Source of the DNA: Sphagnum compactum
Taxonomy: Eukaryota
Length of the DNA stretch: 64,000 nt
Assembly: GCA_965153455.1 (NCBI GenBank)
Contig: OZ234494.1
Coordinates: 10,044,001 to 10,108,000 of the forward strand
Reading direction: 5' to 3'
Under the pieces are notes generated by a model. That model had not been told where the DNA came from and ran no database searches. It saw only the letters and a list, made by a program, of their open reading frames with translations. Of this stretch, positions 27,706 to 40,341 are shown piece after piece; within the stretch, counting starts at the first letter, position 1; every line of letters starts with the position of its first letter. The position numbers and the translations under genes are program-made.

Positions 27706-29578
27706 GGGTCCCAAGGCCAGATTTCAACACTACACCTTGTATGTTTGGCTTTGCGAAAGGATAGCTTTTCTTTCTCATGATAATTGTAGCACACACTACT
27801 TTCCCTTTTCTATATAGGCCCTCCCCCTCCTGTTGAATATGAAAGCAGACACCAAACTAGACAAAAACACATTTTGGACCGACCAGCTTCACATGTTTGA
27901 TATTTAACACACATCCCACCATGTATTCAACTGTCTCCACAGGGAACATGACAGGTATATTGGATATGAGACGGCTGAGCAGCATGGGGTGTGAATTCCA
28001 TCAATTACTTCAACCCTTTTTTCAAGCCTCCTTTGCAACTAACTTTTTGCTGGAGACATCTAGGTAGCATCCCAGGTTGTTGAACTTTTGAAAGTATCAA
28101 GACTTTCTTAATCTTAATATTTTTTCTAGTGTAACTACCTGGCCAGGGTGAACCAGCACCTACAATATCACCTTTGTCTTCTTGAGTGCTGCCCTCTTCC
28201 TTGCTACTATAAACCTGAGAAATGTTAAGTTTGGACTGGGGGACCATCCTTTAATCTAAGGGTGGTATAATTAATACTATTTCTAACGTTTAGAAGCAAC
28301 CCCCCAAATTAAACTTTGGGGTTGCTTTTCTGCATGGTACCCATGTGTAGGTGCTAGTTCACCAAACCCAACTAGAACACTGCAGATGCCATGTGTGTTG
28401 AAATAACATTGGTTCTCATGAGGCTCCAGTACAGGGACAGTTTCGACACATGTCTATTGAATAATTACATAGTTTGGAAGATTACATGTCAAATAACCAG
28501 TATTTCTGAATACTCCAAAAGTTTCTTTTTCACAGAATTTTGTTCTTTGAAATATGTATTTTTCACAAAATTTCTACATTTCTACAAATAGTATAATTAG
28601 TGTAGAAGCTGCCAGCAGCCAAGGTACTTTGGTGATACTTTCCTAAACTTTCCTTTTTTGTTTTCCTGTGGCTATAACATTGCGTGTGCCATGCTTCGAA
28701 TCTGTGATGTTTTCATGACACCCAGCACATACTTTTTCTTCACTGCTTTTTTTGTACTTTTTTTGTTCTTCCAAAAGTTTTGCTGTTTATCCGTGTTGTT
28801 CTTAACATGACATTCATTGACACCATCACTTCAGCACACCCCTACCAGCCGGTGTCGGCCTATAGGCCCAAATGTGGGCACTGAGGGGGAATTTGGTATT
28901 TTGTCAATATTAGGCAGCAGCCACACCCTACTTTGAAAGAGAGATTAACCTAGTGTGCCAAGGGCCGTGACACCTTCAAACATGTGATTACTTATTTCAG
29001 TGTGGAAGAAAGTCTAGAAAGGAGGGGGATGGCAAAGTCGAACAAGTATACTTCACATTGAATCTTTTATGTGCAACAAAACAGTTGACACCAGCCAAGA
29101 ATGTTTTGGCCTTTAGAAAAAATATGTGGGCCAACAAATGACGGGCTGGACCTGCCCTTTGAACAGCAACAGTAGACCTTATGCACATGGCTAGCTAACA
29201 GGTTTGGCTGGCCTTAATCAAAATGGTGCTCTGGGTGTTTTTATTTATTTTTAAAATATTTTCCCAATGAAAGGGAGGAAATTGGTTATAAAAACACGCA
29301 CACAAATAGATTTGCCTGGACCTTTCTGTAAAACATCCAGTTAGATTGCAAACCACCGACCACTGGCCTGCCTGTGCATGAACATGTAAACATGGTAGCA
29401 CCAGTTGGCTAGCCAGGGGTACCGACCTCTTACAAATGTCCCATTTTCCACAAGCATGTTTCTTAAAGGACGCATGATGATCAAAGCCTTCATAAGTCCT
29501 TGCCACTGTTCCAGGTCCCTGTCTGCTACCTCCTGCTTCACACTTTCTTAGTCACATGTTGTGATAACTGCTAATAAC

Positions 29579-30028
29579 CAGTGTGGGTTGGTTATTGATT
29601 TTTTTATAGCCACCATAAAAAACATTGGGTGCTGATTAGTTTATCAATATCAGTATCAAAAACATTGATTTGTGAATTAACTTATCCAAAAAAAATTGGG
29701 TAATAATATTTAATTATAAGGGTAAGTTACCAAACAATCAGTTGGAATCTGTCAAATCTGTCAAGCGTCTTTGCTGGTGATTAGTCGGTTATAGAGTTTT
29801 TTACAAAGTTAAAAAATTTCAATTTTTTTAATCTTTCAATTGTTTAGTGTTTTAAGATCAATAACTTACTTGGATGATAACTAGGTCATTTGGGTAGGTT
29901 ATTATATTTTGAATTTCAAGACCAGTCAGATAGGTTATAAATTGATTATAAAAAGTAAATAATCAACAGGTAGGTTATTAACAACTGGGCTGATAATCGG
30001 GTCAAAACTTGATAGCTGGCCAACACTG
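29579..30028. mobile_element. Non-autonomous hAT-type element (MITE)
   Basis: Termini CAGTGTGGGTTGGTTAT ... ATAGCTGGCCAACACTG form imperfect TIRs. The 8-bp flanks CTAATAAC and GTAAGAAC match at 6/8 positions, consistent with a hAT 8-bp TSD. Confidence 0.6.
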
Positions 30029-30599
30029 GTAAGAACACATCCTCCCTCGCATGCAATTTTTTCAAACCTCCTTTTCCATGAGAAATTGTGCACTTGACTT
30101 CCTCTGAACAACAAGAAGATCCTCATTTCCTTTCTTTCAGTCCGTGGAGATGTTTCCTTGTGCAGCACGCAGGCAGGGACGGGGCAGCCATTTGAGGCGG
30201 GCCCTGTGGGACCCTGACAAGGACATGCCCATGCATGTTATAAGGTCCCTTTTGCCTACATGAATTTCGCATGTTACTAAAAGCCCACTAACCATGACTC
30301 AAGAGCACTATAGTGACAATTGCAATAATTTCTCTATAGCAGTAATAGGCCATCGGCATTTGATTGATTTTTATAATAAAATTTTGGGTTTCTCATACAT
30401 TCCAGCTTTGTCACACCTGTTGCACTACAAGGCCTTCTTTTTAACACTCTTTACGTCTTCTTCTTACTCCAAATTCCTATCATTGTATAAAATTATTTTT
30501 GACCCAAAGTCAAATTTGGACCAACAAAACAGAGATATTTACCAGAATTTGAGATGGGTACCTGTTTTAGAGGGCTAGAACACATTTTTTTGATTCCAG

Positions 30600-31020
30600 T
30601 TAGTAAAAATTGAACTTGAAATAGTGTGATTTTTGGAAATGGGTTTGAAACTAAAATCAAGGTTTCAAAAATTTCAGAGAACTGGAATCAAACCTGAACC
30701 GAAATCCTGGATTTTTAAAGAACTGGAACCAGATTCTAGATTTTTGAAAGAAAAGGACTAAAACCAGGAACTAACCAAAGGTTAACTGCCAGTTTTGGTC
30801 CAGGTTACCCAGAACCATACCAGAACCAGGTCTGATTTTTAAATCTGGAACTAGAATCAGAAGGAAGATTTATTTATTTGTTTTCAAGAATTAGACCTGG
30901 AACTGAAACCAAGAATTTTGTTTTTTTCAAGAACCAGACCCAAAATTGGCACTGCTCTAATTTATCTTTTAGAACGGGAACTGAAGGTTTTTCATGAAAG
31001 TGAAGAACCGCCCAACACTG
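30600..31020. mobile_element. GAACC-rich non-autonomous element ending in the same TIR (AGAACCGCCCAACACTG)
   Basis: Repeated GAACC/GGAAC subterminal motifs. The right terminus at 31020 matches termini at 30028, 53059 and 57033. The left end is not resolved. Confidence 0.5.
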
Positions 31021-32273
31021 GTTATTACCCAAAAAGTACTCCAAACTAGGGATGGAATGAAAAATTAAGATGAAAACAGCACATAAGAAAAAGAGATGAG
31101 AGGACCAAACTGGTTTTCGCACTGAAATGGGTCCTCACAGTAGTTTCGCCTCTAATTTTGGATTTGACTGGTAGGGCTGTTCATATTCTTTATTTAAATC
31201 AAATCTTGTCACAATAAAATCCTACAAATCTTTGTGAACTGATACCCAGTTTCTGGCTTTATAACTCCATGGGAATTACATGGCCAAACTAGGGCCCAAA
31301 GACAGTGTGACTTTAACCACAATAACTTGAATGTACTTCATCACTAATTCCTCAACTTTTGACCCAAAAACTCTGTGCCTGTCCATTTTGTCAGGTTTTC
31401 AGGCCCTCCACACTAATTTTATTATTTTCAGGGCCTGAAAACCTTGACACCAATAAATGGGCAAAAGACTGCCAAGTGTGCCTGCCCTTACTAGGATCTC
31501 CAGACCGGGCTCAGCCACTGCCCTGCCCATTCTCTAGCAGCCTTATTTTTACTGGAATTTTTTTCGTCAAAAATTGAAATAAAAAATGAAAATGAAGTGA
31601 TTTGGAGCATTTCAATGGCCAAAAGCCAAGGGGAAAAAAAAAACAGAGAAAAAATTGCCAGATTTTTATTTTTTGTTTTCAGTGTGTAGCTTATAAATAT
31701 AGAAGGAATCACTAAATATTTGTAACTCATACATGGTTTATAGCCCAGAAGTGAGTAAATCTTCCTAAGGATGATGGGCAATTTTTTTCTACAATTTCTT
31801 AAGTTGGAGAGATGATCATCACTTAGGCTTAGCCTATTTTTCTCACTATATATAACACCAAAAAGCTGTATTAAAATATATAAGTGCTAAAAATCACATG
31901 CTTTTTGAGATTTTCAATATTCAGAATTCGACCAATCTTCTTTTCAATCGCCAGGTTTCAAAATAAACTAGCCAAAAATATGGAAGGATTTTTATTTTTT
32001 CATTACTTTCATATTTACCTTGTAGCCAAATTTGGCTAAATCTTCTTGTGAATCATTGCCACTTCGGCTACAACACAAAATTGCCCAAAAAAACATTGCT
32101 TAGGTTACACAAAAAAAAATCCTTTGAAATGCGAATCTATAGTACAAACAATGTCCAACATTACCTGGGGCCCACAACTAGCTAGGTAGGTAGGAACTAG
32201 GAACCGTAGGTAGCAAAATGAAGGTGGTCTCGGCGATGTAACCCAATATGTATGTTTGTTTCGCCATGCAAAT

Positions 32274-32279
32274 CACGTG
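32274..32279. promoter_or_regulatory. G-box (CACGTG) upstream of the JAZ gene
   Basis: Perfect CACGTG about 700 bp before the ATG, just upstream of a GAA-rich leader. G-boxes bind MYC bHLH factors, which induce JAZ genes in angiosperms. Confidence 0.4.
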
Positions 32280-32982
32280 CGTTTTCTAGTTCAGCAATGC
32301 TGGTTTTCCAGGCATGCATTTCCACGCCCCCCCCCGCCACCCCACTTCCCTCAAAACGCACACACAATTTCCACACACATGAAGAGAGGATCTGAAGATT
32401 GAACAAAAGGCAAGAAGAATCACAAAGAAGCAGAAGCAGAAGAATCATCAGCATAAGAAGAAGGATGATCATCAGCAGAAGGAGAAGCTAAGTTGTAAGC
32501 ATATCTATCCGCAGTAGAAAGAAGAAGAAGAAGATCAAGGCTTGTTTTACTCACCCAGAGTTTTCCTTTTGTGTATGTTGTCTTCAATCTTTGAAGTTTG
32601 CACATCATGAGATAAGTCTGCAACACAACTTCCGTCTGTAAGATCTGCAAAAAGGAAGAAGAAAGAATCAGAAGGAGGAGGCGGAGGAGGAGCCGGAGGA
32701 CTAGGGCGAGGAGGAAGTGGAGACTTTGTGCTATCAGAACTTCAGATGCATGAGTACAGGGTTTGTTCACTGCATGAGACGGAATGAGAGTTTTTGTCAT
32801 CGCTCTTGCTTAGTGTTTCAAGGGCGAATTAGTTCTTGCGGAAAATCTGCTGCTGCTGGCGCTGTTGCTGGCTTTGGTTGTTGCCTCGAAGAATTAATTC
32901 GTAGAGAGTCCTGCACAACTGAGGAAGAAGAGTTCGGAGTAGTAGTGTAAAAGAGACGCGTCTTTGGGATCTGACATCCGCC

Positions 32983-35908
32983 ATGGCGACCAGGGAGGCG
33001 GTGGCCGTGGATTTCTTGGGGATTCTCGGTCAGAGAACTTCAGTAGAGAAGCAGAATAGTAGCAGCATCACGAAGCAGTTGCAGGAGCCAGTCGACACTT
33101 TGGTGAAGACGACGCCTTTAGTTCCGGCCATCAGCAGCAGCTATGCGGACAAGGCGGCAGCAGCAGCTATGACGACTTCGACAAGGCCTACAGTTGCGTC
33201 GACGAAGCCTTCGAAACTCGACTTTCAGAAGGCTGAAGAAAGACAAAGATCCATCTCTCGTCTCAGAAAACTCGGAGAACAGGTCTCGAATCTGAGAGGT
33301 AATCACGGCCGCGTTGCATTGCTGCGTCCCCCTTCTTGTTGCGGAGACTCAACATTCTTGGAAACAAACAAGGAGAACTTAGGGCAATGCGTCTGCAAGA
33401 AGCAGGAGAGAACCGTGAGAGGAAAGTCTAGGACACAGATTCTAGGAGAAAAACCACTATGTATGGGGCACTCAGATCTCGTAAGAGTCCTATGAAAGAG
33501 CGGAGCTCTCACATGCTGCAGATGTTGACCATGTTTGTGTGGGTTGTTTTCTTGGACAGTCATGCAGCAGCAGCTACCTTTGACATGGAATAAGCCAGAG
33601 ATCGTTGCACAACAAGGAGGATCTCCAAGCCCTAACAGTGAGGAAGACAATATGGTCAAGACAAAGGAAACTCTTGTGCGGTCCCCTTTGTGGTCATCTT
33701 TCTTGGAGCATTCTAGCACCACCATAGCAGACCCCTCCACCTCCCCTGTAAGTTTTGGAGTCCATTACTTAGATCTTCTCCCAAACATGATGCAACTTCT
33801 CTTTCTAGTCCGCCAGACATGCACCAAGTTTAGTGCAGGCAGGCATTATGAGAACTTCAGGATGATGTCTTGACCTCTATACTTCATTTCAAGAACTGGC
33901 TGAGTGATCTCATCTGGCACACATGTGTTGATTTCTGGCAGATGGGATGGTTTCAGAAGGCTTTGCAACAAAATGGTAAGAAGGTGGCAGCACTGTCTAC
34001 CAAGAACTTTCAGGCACCAGGGATGGTGCAGAATTCAGCAGCACAAACATTGTCTTCTTACAGAGGAGATGAACCACAAAGAGATGCTGCTCAGCCACAA
34101 CAAAGAGATACTCAGCCCTTGGAGCCTGCAGGTTCGGAACCACCACTTTCTGTGTTGATCCCAGACACAGAGTCGGAACTCCCAGAAGTGGTGGCGGCGG
34201 CAGTGGCAGTTGACGGTACAGGATTTGGTTCCCCATTACCAGTGCTTTTCAGAGAGGCCAGTACAGCTTCCGGCTTGGAGAGTGAGGCAGCCATGGATAA
34301 CCAGCCATTTCACCAAATGCAACACCCAATGTTGATGCAATGTGGAAATCTACAAAGTGCTGCCACTATACCAAGGTGCTTATCATTGCATGATTCCTTA
34401 AAAATGAAATCATTCAGCTTCTGGTTAGACCTAGTGTATGTGTGCACACATTCAATTCTTGCAAATTTTCCTGATTTGTTGTGCAAACATCCTGCCTTTT
34501 TCCCAATTTGATTATTCTTGGGTGGAGGTTGAATTGGTATGAATGTTTGAAGTAATTTTTCTACTTGCTGGATTTGTTGTAGCAGATCAGCTCAGGTGGG
34601 TGGAGGAGTAGGTGTGCATCAGCCAACAGCACAGCTCACTCTCTTTTATGCAGGCCTTGTACATGTGTATGATGATATCACGCTTGATAAGGTGAGGATC
34701 ATGCAAATTCTTCTTGTTTGTGCATTTTGTGTAGCTGGCCAAGTCTCCTTCCTTCTCTAGGGTTTCAATGCTTTGGAACTTGGTCTGAATTTTTTGTCAA
34801 TTTGCCAATTTGCAGATGCAAGCTATTATGTTGTTAGCTAGTGGAAGCACCACATCCTCCAGCTGCAAGGACCCCTCTGGAAATGGAGTTTCAGCTCATC
34901 CATTGTCTTCCCCAATCCCCCAGTCAACTCCATCTTCTTCAGTATCACCTCCTCCACAAGCTACAACCACAGCAACAGCTGCCCCTTCATCAATTCATGC
35001 AAATATCCTCCCACGATCCATTGCTAGGAGTGTCCATGCTGGTAAGTGTCCCTTGTCCACCCCTAAGGGCAGGCTTCTCAAGGAGGTCTGTCTGGAGTGC
35101 TTACAATTGACCTTCTACACTACAGTATTGCTATCAACTTAACAAAACCTATGTCATTTCAGAAAAAACTGACATAAAAGGATTTTTTAAGGTGGACTGA
35201 CATTTGGGCTTTCTTCTATGCAGTGACAGAGCTGCCACAGGCAAGAAAGGCATCCTTGGCACGATTCCTGGAGAAGCGGAAAGACAGGTATAATATTTTA
35301 GCACAAAATATTTCTAAAAAATTGCATTTCTGCCAAATTTTGAGATCACTTGTTCCAATTCAGGGTTTTTTCCCTTTACCAAAGCTTATTGAAGTATGTT
35401 GAGGTGGACATATCCAGTTGCATTGACAAATGTCAAATCTTGCAGGGTACGAGTGAAGGCACCATATCCTCTCAAGAAAGAAGGATCTTGCACACCACCG
35501 CGTGCCAAGTCTCCAAGCCCGCCTTGCCAGTCTCCAAGTCCTTTTTGCAAGTCTCCAAGCCCATTTTGCAAGTCTCCAAGCCCCCCTTGTGGCAGGCCAC
35601 AGACATGGTCACCCACCTCAGCATTATTGAGGCAGCGGGCTCGTTACCTGCAAGATGTACCATCTACCAACTTCAAAGATCCCCAGTACTGTACATCAAG
35701 TGGTAGTGAACCCAATTCTCCTCTGAGGACTCCTCCAACACCTCCACGACCAAGCATGGCTGGGGATATTAATATAATTGCAAGGTCTTTTCGAGGTAGG
35801 GATTTTGGAGCGCAACCGGATTTGATGGTACGTCAAAGTGGAAGATTTCTAAGTCATTCTCCACAAGATCACCGGGATGAAGAACCAATGGAAGAAGATG
35901 CACAATGA
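32983..35908 (+). CDS. JAZ: JAZ / TIFY-family jasmonate-ZIM-domain repressor, 7 exons
   Basis: Exons 32983-33298, 33560-33747, 33942-34375, 34586-34691, 34816-35041, 35224-35287 and 35446-35908 have GT..AG boundaries and consistent phases. N-terminal VDFLGI motif, ZIM domain TAQLTLFYAGLVHVYDDITLDKMQAIMLLA, and Jas motif ELPQARKASLARFLEKRKDRVRVKAPY. Confidence 0.93.
35504..35587 (+). repeat. Coding minisatellite, 4 x 21 bp, encoding (A/C)(K/Q)SPSP(P/F) heptads
   Basis: Units gccaagtctccaagcccgcct, tgccagtctccaagtcctttt, tgcaagtctccaagcccattt and tgcaagtctccaagcccccct lie in the last JAZ exon. Confidence 0.9.
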
Positions 35909-36661
35909 TATTTTGCTGTTGTTGTAGGTCTATTTTAGTTTCCTTGGGTTTGCATCCTTCTAAATGGAGTCCAGCTCAAGAGATAATGTTCAATGTAGTT
36001 TAACCTGTAGTGGAGCCCATTTCATAGTGCACATATATTAAGATAAATTGTAGTTAGCTGACCCACAATTTCATAGGTCACAAGATCACCTTGTTATTTT
36101 GAGATTCTTGTATACGGGAGATGCCAACCTGTTCACCAGCAGCAGTTCAATTTGAGTATGCTCATTTTTTTTAGACAGAGAAAACTGTAAAGACATGGGG
36201 TTTTACAATGGGTTTTCAAGGAGTTTTGGAACAAGTCTCACCATTGTAGTTTAGAATTGGTTTTTGCATCAAAGTGTGCAACAACTAAGAATTGAACATT
36301 GAGTTTAAGGTCAATCTTTTGGGTTCTTTGATTGCTGAGCAAGAGATGTAAAACTTGTTTCAATATTCCATTGAAGTTTAATTCCTTTGGTTTAGTTTTG
36401 ATACATTAGAGGGCAGTTTTTCAGTTGTATGACAAATAATTGGCACTTGGGAGAGATTCTCCCACATCATTACAAACTATGTAGACTATTTGCTAAACCA
36501 CACAATGTTCTATGTGCTTGGAGCATGCAATTGAAAGAACAGTTGACCTTCAAAAGCTTACAGTGAAGGGCAGAATCTCTCCTGAGTGACAATTACATAC
36601 ATATGTATAATATGCCTTGCTGTAGGAAGAGATGAACTTCCACCGTCTTGAAGAAAGCTAA

Positions 36662-36913
36662 AATGCCTAGTCACACAATATTGCAAGCATTCTTATCACA
36701 TTTTATATATCACGTTGTGTAGGCCCAACAAAGAAGAAACCAAGGTGACAGAGAAGAATGAGAACCACATAGTTACTATCCTTGTACAATGCCTAGTCAC
36801 ACAATATTGCAAGCATTCTTATCACATTTTATATATCACGTTGTGTAGGCCCAACAAAGAAGAAACCAAGGTGACAGAGAAGAATGAGAACCACATAGTT
36901 ACTATCCTTGTAC
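36662..36913. repeat. Tandem duplication, 2 x 126 bp, apparently identical
   Basis: The unit aatgcctagtcacac...actatccttgtac starts at 36662 and again at 36788. Confidence 0.92.
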
Positions 36914-37619
36914 GGCATACAAGACAACACCAAGGTGGCAAACAAGGTTTGAGAACCACAGAAAATATTCATTTCATACAAACAATCCAATTTCTGTTGT
37001 TTGATTCTAAAGGATAAGTAGCCCCTTATCATTTATAGTGGTTGTACAACTTGCTGCATTGATCTCATCCTAAATCGACCCTAAATTCAGAGATTGTACT
37101 CAAATGATTTTGAAAATTAATTTTCCAAAAAACGTGAGCAATGTTGATTTCAAAGTGTTCCTTATCTTATTAGAAAATCTCATATTCTTTAACATTTTTT
37201 CACATGGTTTTAAAAGAATGATGTATTTTTTTTATTTTTTCAAAAACACCATTCTCTAGTTTTGGTAACATTGAGTGGGTCATATTCATCACACAAATTC
37301 TCTTGATCTTTTTATATAAATTTTTTGGTTCATGTCAATGTGGCCATACTCTTGTATGGTGTGTGTGTTGTTGCATTATAAGCCACATCATCTCCCAATG
37401 TTAGATTTCAAACATGTGAGGGTTGAATGATGGGGCATAAGTCCAAAATGTCAACTTAACAATCTCATATATTTCCCTAACATGTCTACAAGGTAAATCA
37501 AATGTAATCCTACTTGGTGGAGCAAAATTTCACCAGTCTTCATTGATGCTAACAATATTTGTGTAATCTTTTATTTTGTGATAATCTCTATACATAAAGA
37601 GTTCCATAATGTCACCCTC

Positions 37620-37850
37620 TTTTTCACCCCATATCGGCTCTTTCAGTGGTATCTGCAAAGTAAGGAAATCTTATTAAATCCCAGTATGAAATGCTGAAAC
37701 TCAGCATTTAATGCACAAGGTTTGAGAGTAATTTAGTCCTACACGTAGGAGCAGTGAAAATATATGTAGCAGCAGTGGAGGCGCTCAGGCAAAATGAAAA
37801 ACAGGATGAAATTCAGTTTACCGCCAAAATCGGTGGAAAAACTAATTTGG
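37620..37850 (+). repeat. Dispersed repeat copy 2 (paralogue at ~14250-14480)
   Basis: Shared ordered blocks with copy 1. Confidence 0.75.
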
Positions 37851-39231
37851 GTCCCAGCTATTTCATTTTGTAAAATTTTCATTCCCAGTTACACGTTCGA
37901 TGCCCTATTATGCTGAAATTGACCGTTTTTGCCCCCTAATCGCCTGACTTTATGGATAACTTTATAGAATTCCAATTGTCCTTAAAAGATGGTGCATTGC
38001 AATGATGGGGAATGGCATGCAACCATCACTATTGCAAGGATTCTTTTACACCTGTGGTTTTATGCTTTCCTCTTAATTTTGGTTGGGGTGTAATATCATG
38101 TGTATCGTGCATATCTTTGAATTACTTGTGCATGCATTCAAAAATAAATAATTGGATTCAAGACACATTCATGTGTCATACCTTATGTACATGTAATTGA
38201 ACCTTGAAATAAAGGCATGCAAACATATTGATAATGTGTAGTTATGAGATCAAGAATTCAAAGTAATTGGAGCATCTTGATTATCATTGTTCAACCTCTT
38301 GGAGCACCCATGTTGTTTGATCCAATTTTTGAAGAAACCTTTGTATAGCAAAATAATTTAATAGTGTCTTAGTGTAGAACAACAATGCAATGATGGGAAC
38401 TAATGGATAATGGGGTGCAATATTGGAGTGCAACAATGTAGTGGTGTATAGGAAGGCACCATGTAGATAGAAGCAAGTGGGAAATAAATAAGCAACATTA
38501 ATTTAAATATTCATTTTCTAACTTTTTACATAGAACTACAAATTTACACTATAATCTAGCTTATAGGCACTATCACAAGCTTTTCACTAAATGCCTTCCC
38601 ACATGAAAGGTTATGACTTTCATGGGTGAAAACATAGTTAGGTGAATTGTTTGGACTACTGTAATTGTAATTTTTTGGATTATATATGAATTTTAAATGC
38701 TAAATTACGTCAACATTAACATTGTCAAATTTTTAATTATCCATATTACAATAAAATTTAATAGAAATCATGTTGAAAATTATGAAAAAAATCTTTTAAA
38801 ATAGTGGATTTGTATTGGACTTTTGAAATTAGATATTGTTTCAATCATAAAATAAAATTTGACATGTGGACTCAAAGTATGACATAGTAAGGTTAATTCT
38901 TTATGAGAAAAATAGGACAATGTCAAATGGCATGTATGTTTAAGGGTAAGATGCATTGTCATTTTCCTCATAGAAAAAAATCTGATTTTTTAGTTGAATA
39001 TTGCATTATTAGTACTTTTCAATCAATTTCCCATTTGAAACTTCATGTTTTTACTTGAATTTTCGTATAAGGGGGTAAGTATGATGGGTGGTGCCACTAA
39101 TACCCACTTAGGGTTATATTTTTAAAAAGTCCAAAAAATATTTAAATAAAAATATTCAGATTTAATTTTAATTTTCCTTTTTATCCTATTTGTGCATTTA
39201 TGTAACCAAGGTCCGATAATACACAAAGAGT

Positions 39232-39480
39232 GTGTCTCGCGTGGTGGCCTTGCCATTTACATTAAAAAGTAATTATCTTAAGGCAAAAGAAGAAGAATTA
39301 TGGAAACTCAAATATATTTCACCATGCAAAAATATAACCTTCAAAAAATCCTCTAAAAGAAACCAAAGAAAATCCTTCAAGACATATTATAACTCTATTA
39401 TAACTAATCTCAAGTTTCAACCCAAGACAAAAACTTAATCCTTCAAAAATCCTTATCTAAAAATAGACCTATTATTTATT
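39232..39480 (+). repeat. Dispersed direct repeat copy 1 (paralogue 43244-43467)
   Basis: GTGGCCTTGCCATTTACATTAAAAA...ATATTTCACCATGCAAAAAT...ACTAATCTCAAGTTTCAAC...TAGACCTAT is shared with 43244-43467. Confidence 0.8.
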
Positions 39481-39762
39481 ACCATATTACCTATTATTAT
39501 TATTTATTAATAAAATAAAATATTGATATTATTTAAAATATTGCCAAACATGATAAACATATTATAATGAGTCTAAACATGATAAACATGATATTGATAT
39601 TATTTATTAAAAATAGACCTATTATTATTATTACCTTATTACCTATTATTATTATTTATTATTTAATAGATTTTTTTTGTAAATTGTTTTACCCCTTCGC
39701 CACTAATTTGTAAATTCAAGTGTGGGAAGATCTTACCTTACCTTACCTCAATTTGCAGTCCA

Positions 39763-39783
39763 TTTAGGGTTTAGGGTTTAAGG
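39763..39783 (+). promoter_or_regulatory. Telo-box / short (TTTAGGG)2 motif upstream of the 39847 ATG
   Basis: TTTAGGGTTTAGGGTTTAAGG is read directly. Confidence 0.5.
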
Positions 39784-39846
39784 AATCCTTTCCAAGGGAA
39801 AAACGGAGGGAGGCCTACGACTGACTTGCAAGAGCTTTCTTCGGTG

Positions 39847-40259
39847 ATGGCGGCCATTTTCGGCGCTCCCTTCTCTTCATCCTTTCTCCACTACCGGCCT
39901 CCTCCTCCTCCCAAATATTATTGCACCACCTGGAGCTCTAGAACCAGTTTGTTTTGTGCCAGAGCAATTGGGGAGACTTCTGTTTCGGCGGATTACTCTG
40001 AAGCCAAGAGATTGATAGATGAGGTGTTGAGAAAGGGGAAAGAGGAGGAGGAGGAGGAAGAATCTGCTGTTGCTGCTGCCACCTCTTCAGTCGCTAACAG
40101 TGCAGTTTCATGGGCGTTATACTGTGACAAGGAGTCGCAGAGACTGTTGGCTGAGTCGGTGGAGAAGCTTTGTGCATTATCACAGGATGCAGGCCCCTTT
40201 TTGAGCTCAGAGAACGCTCTTGGCGTTTGGGATGTCTTTTACGCTCCCCACATCTCCAG
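39847..40259 (+). CDS. First exon of a probable plastid-targeted protein (possibly PAP/fibrillin-like); downstream exons not found
   Basis: ATG GCG in good context, a Ser/Pro/Arg-rich transit-peptide-like N-terminus and coding-like composition. Ends in LGVWDVFYAPHIS at an AG|GTTTGA donor followed by (CT)n. Telo-box repeats lie upstream. Confidence 0.5.
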
Positions 40260-40277
40260 GTTTGATTGCCACACACG

Positions 40278-40279
<2 letters not shown>

Positions 40280-40338
<59 letters not shown>
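40280..40338. repeat. (CT)n microsatellite
   Basis: Uninterrupted CT run just inside the presumed first intron. Confidence 0.95.

Positions 40339-40341
<3 letters not shown>

Noticed and set aside
28292-28331. Hairpin AGAAGCAACCCC...GGGGTTGCTTTTCT as a Helitron 3' end or terminator
   Set aside because: No CTRR terminus at the expected distance and no other supporting context.
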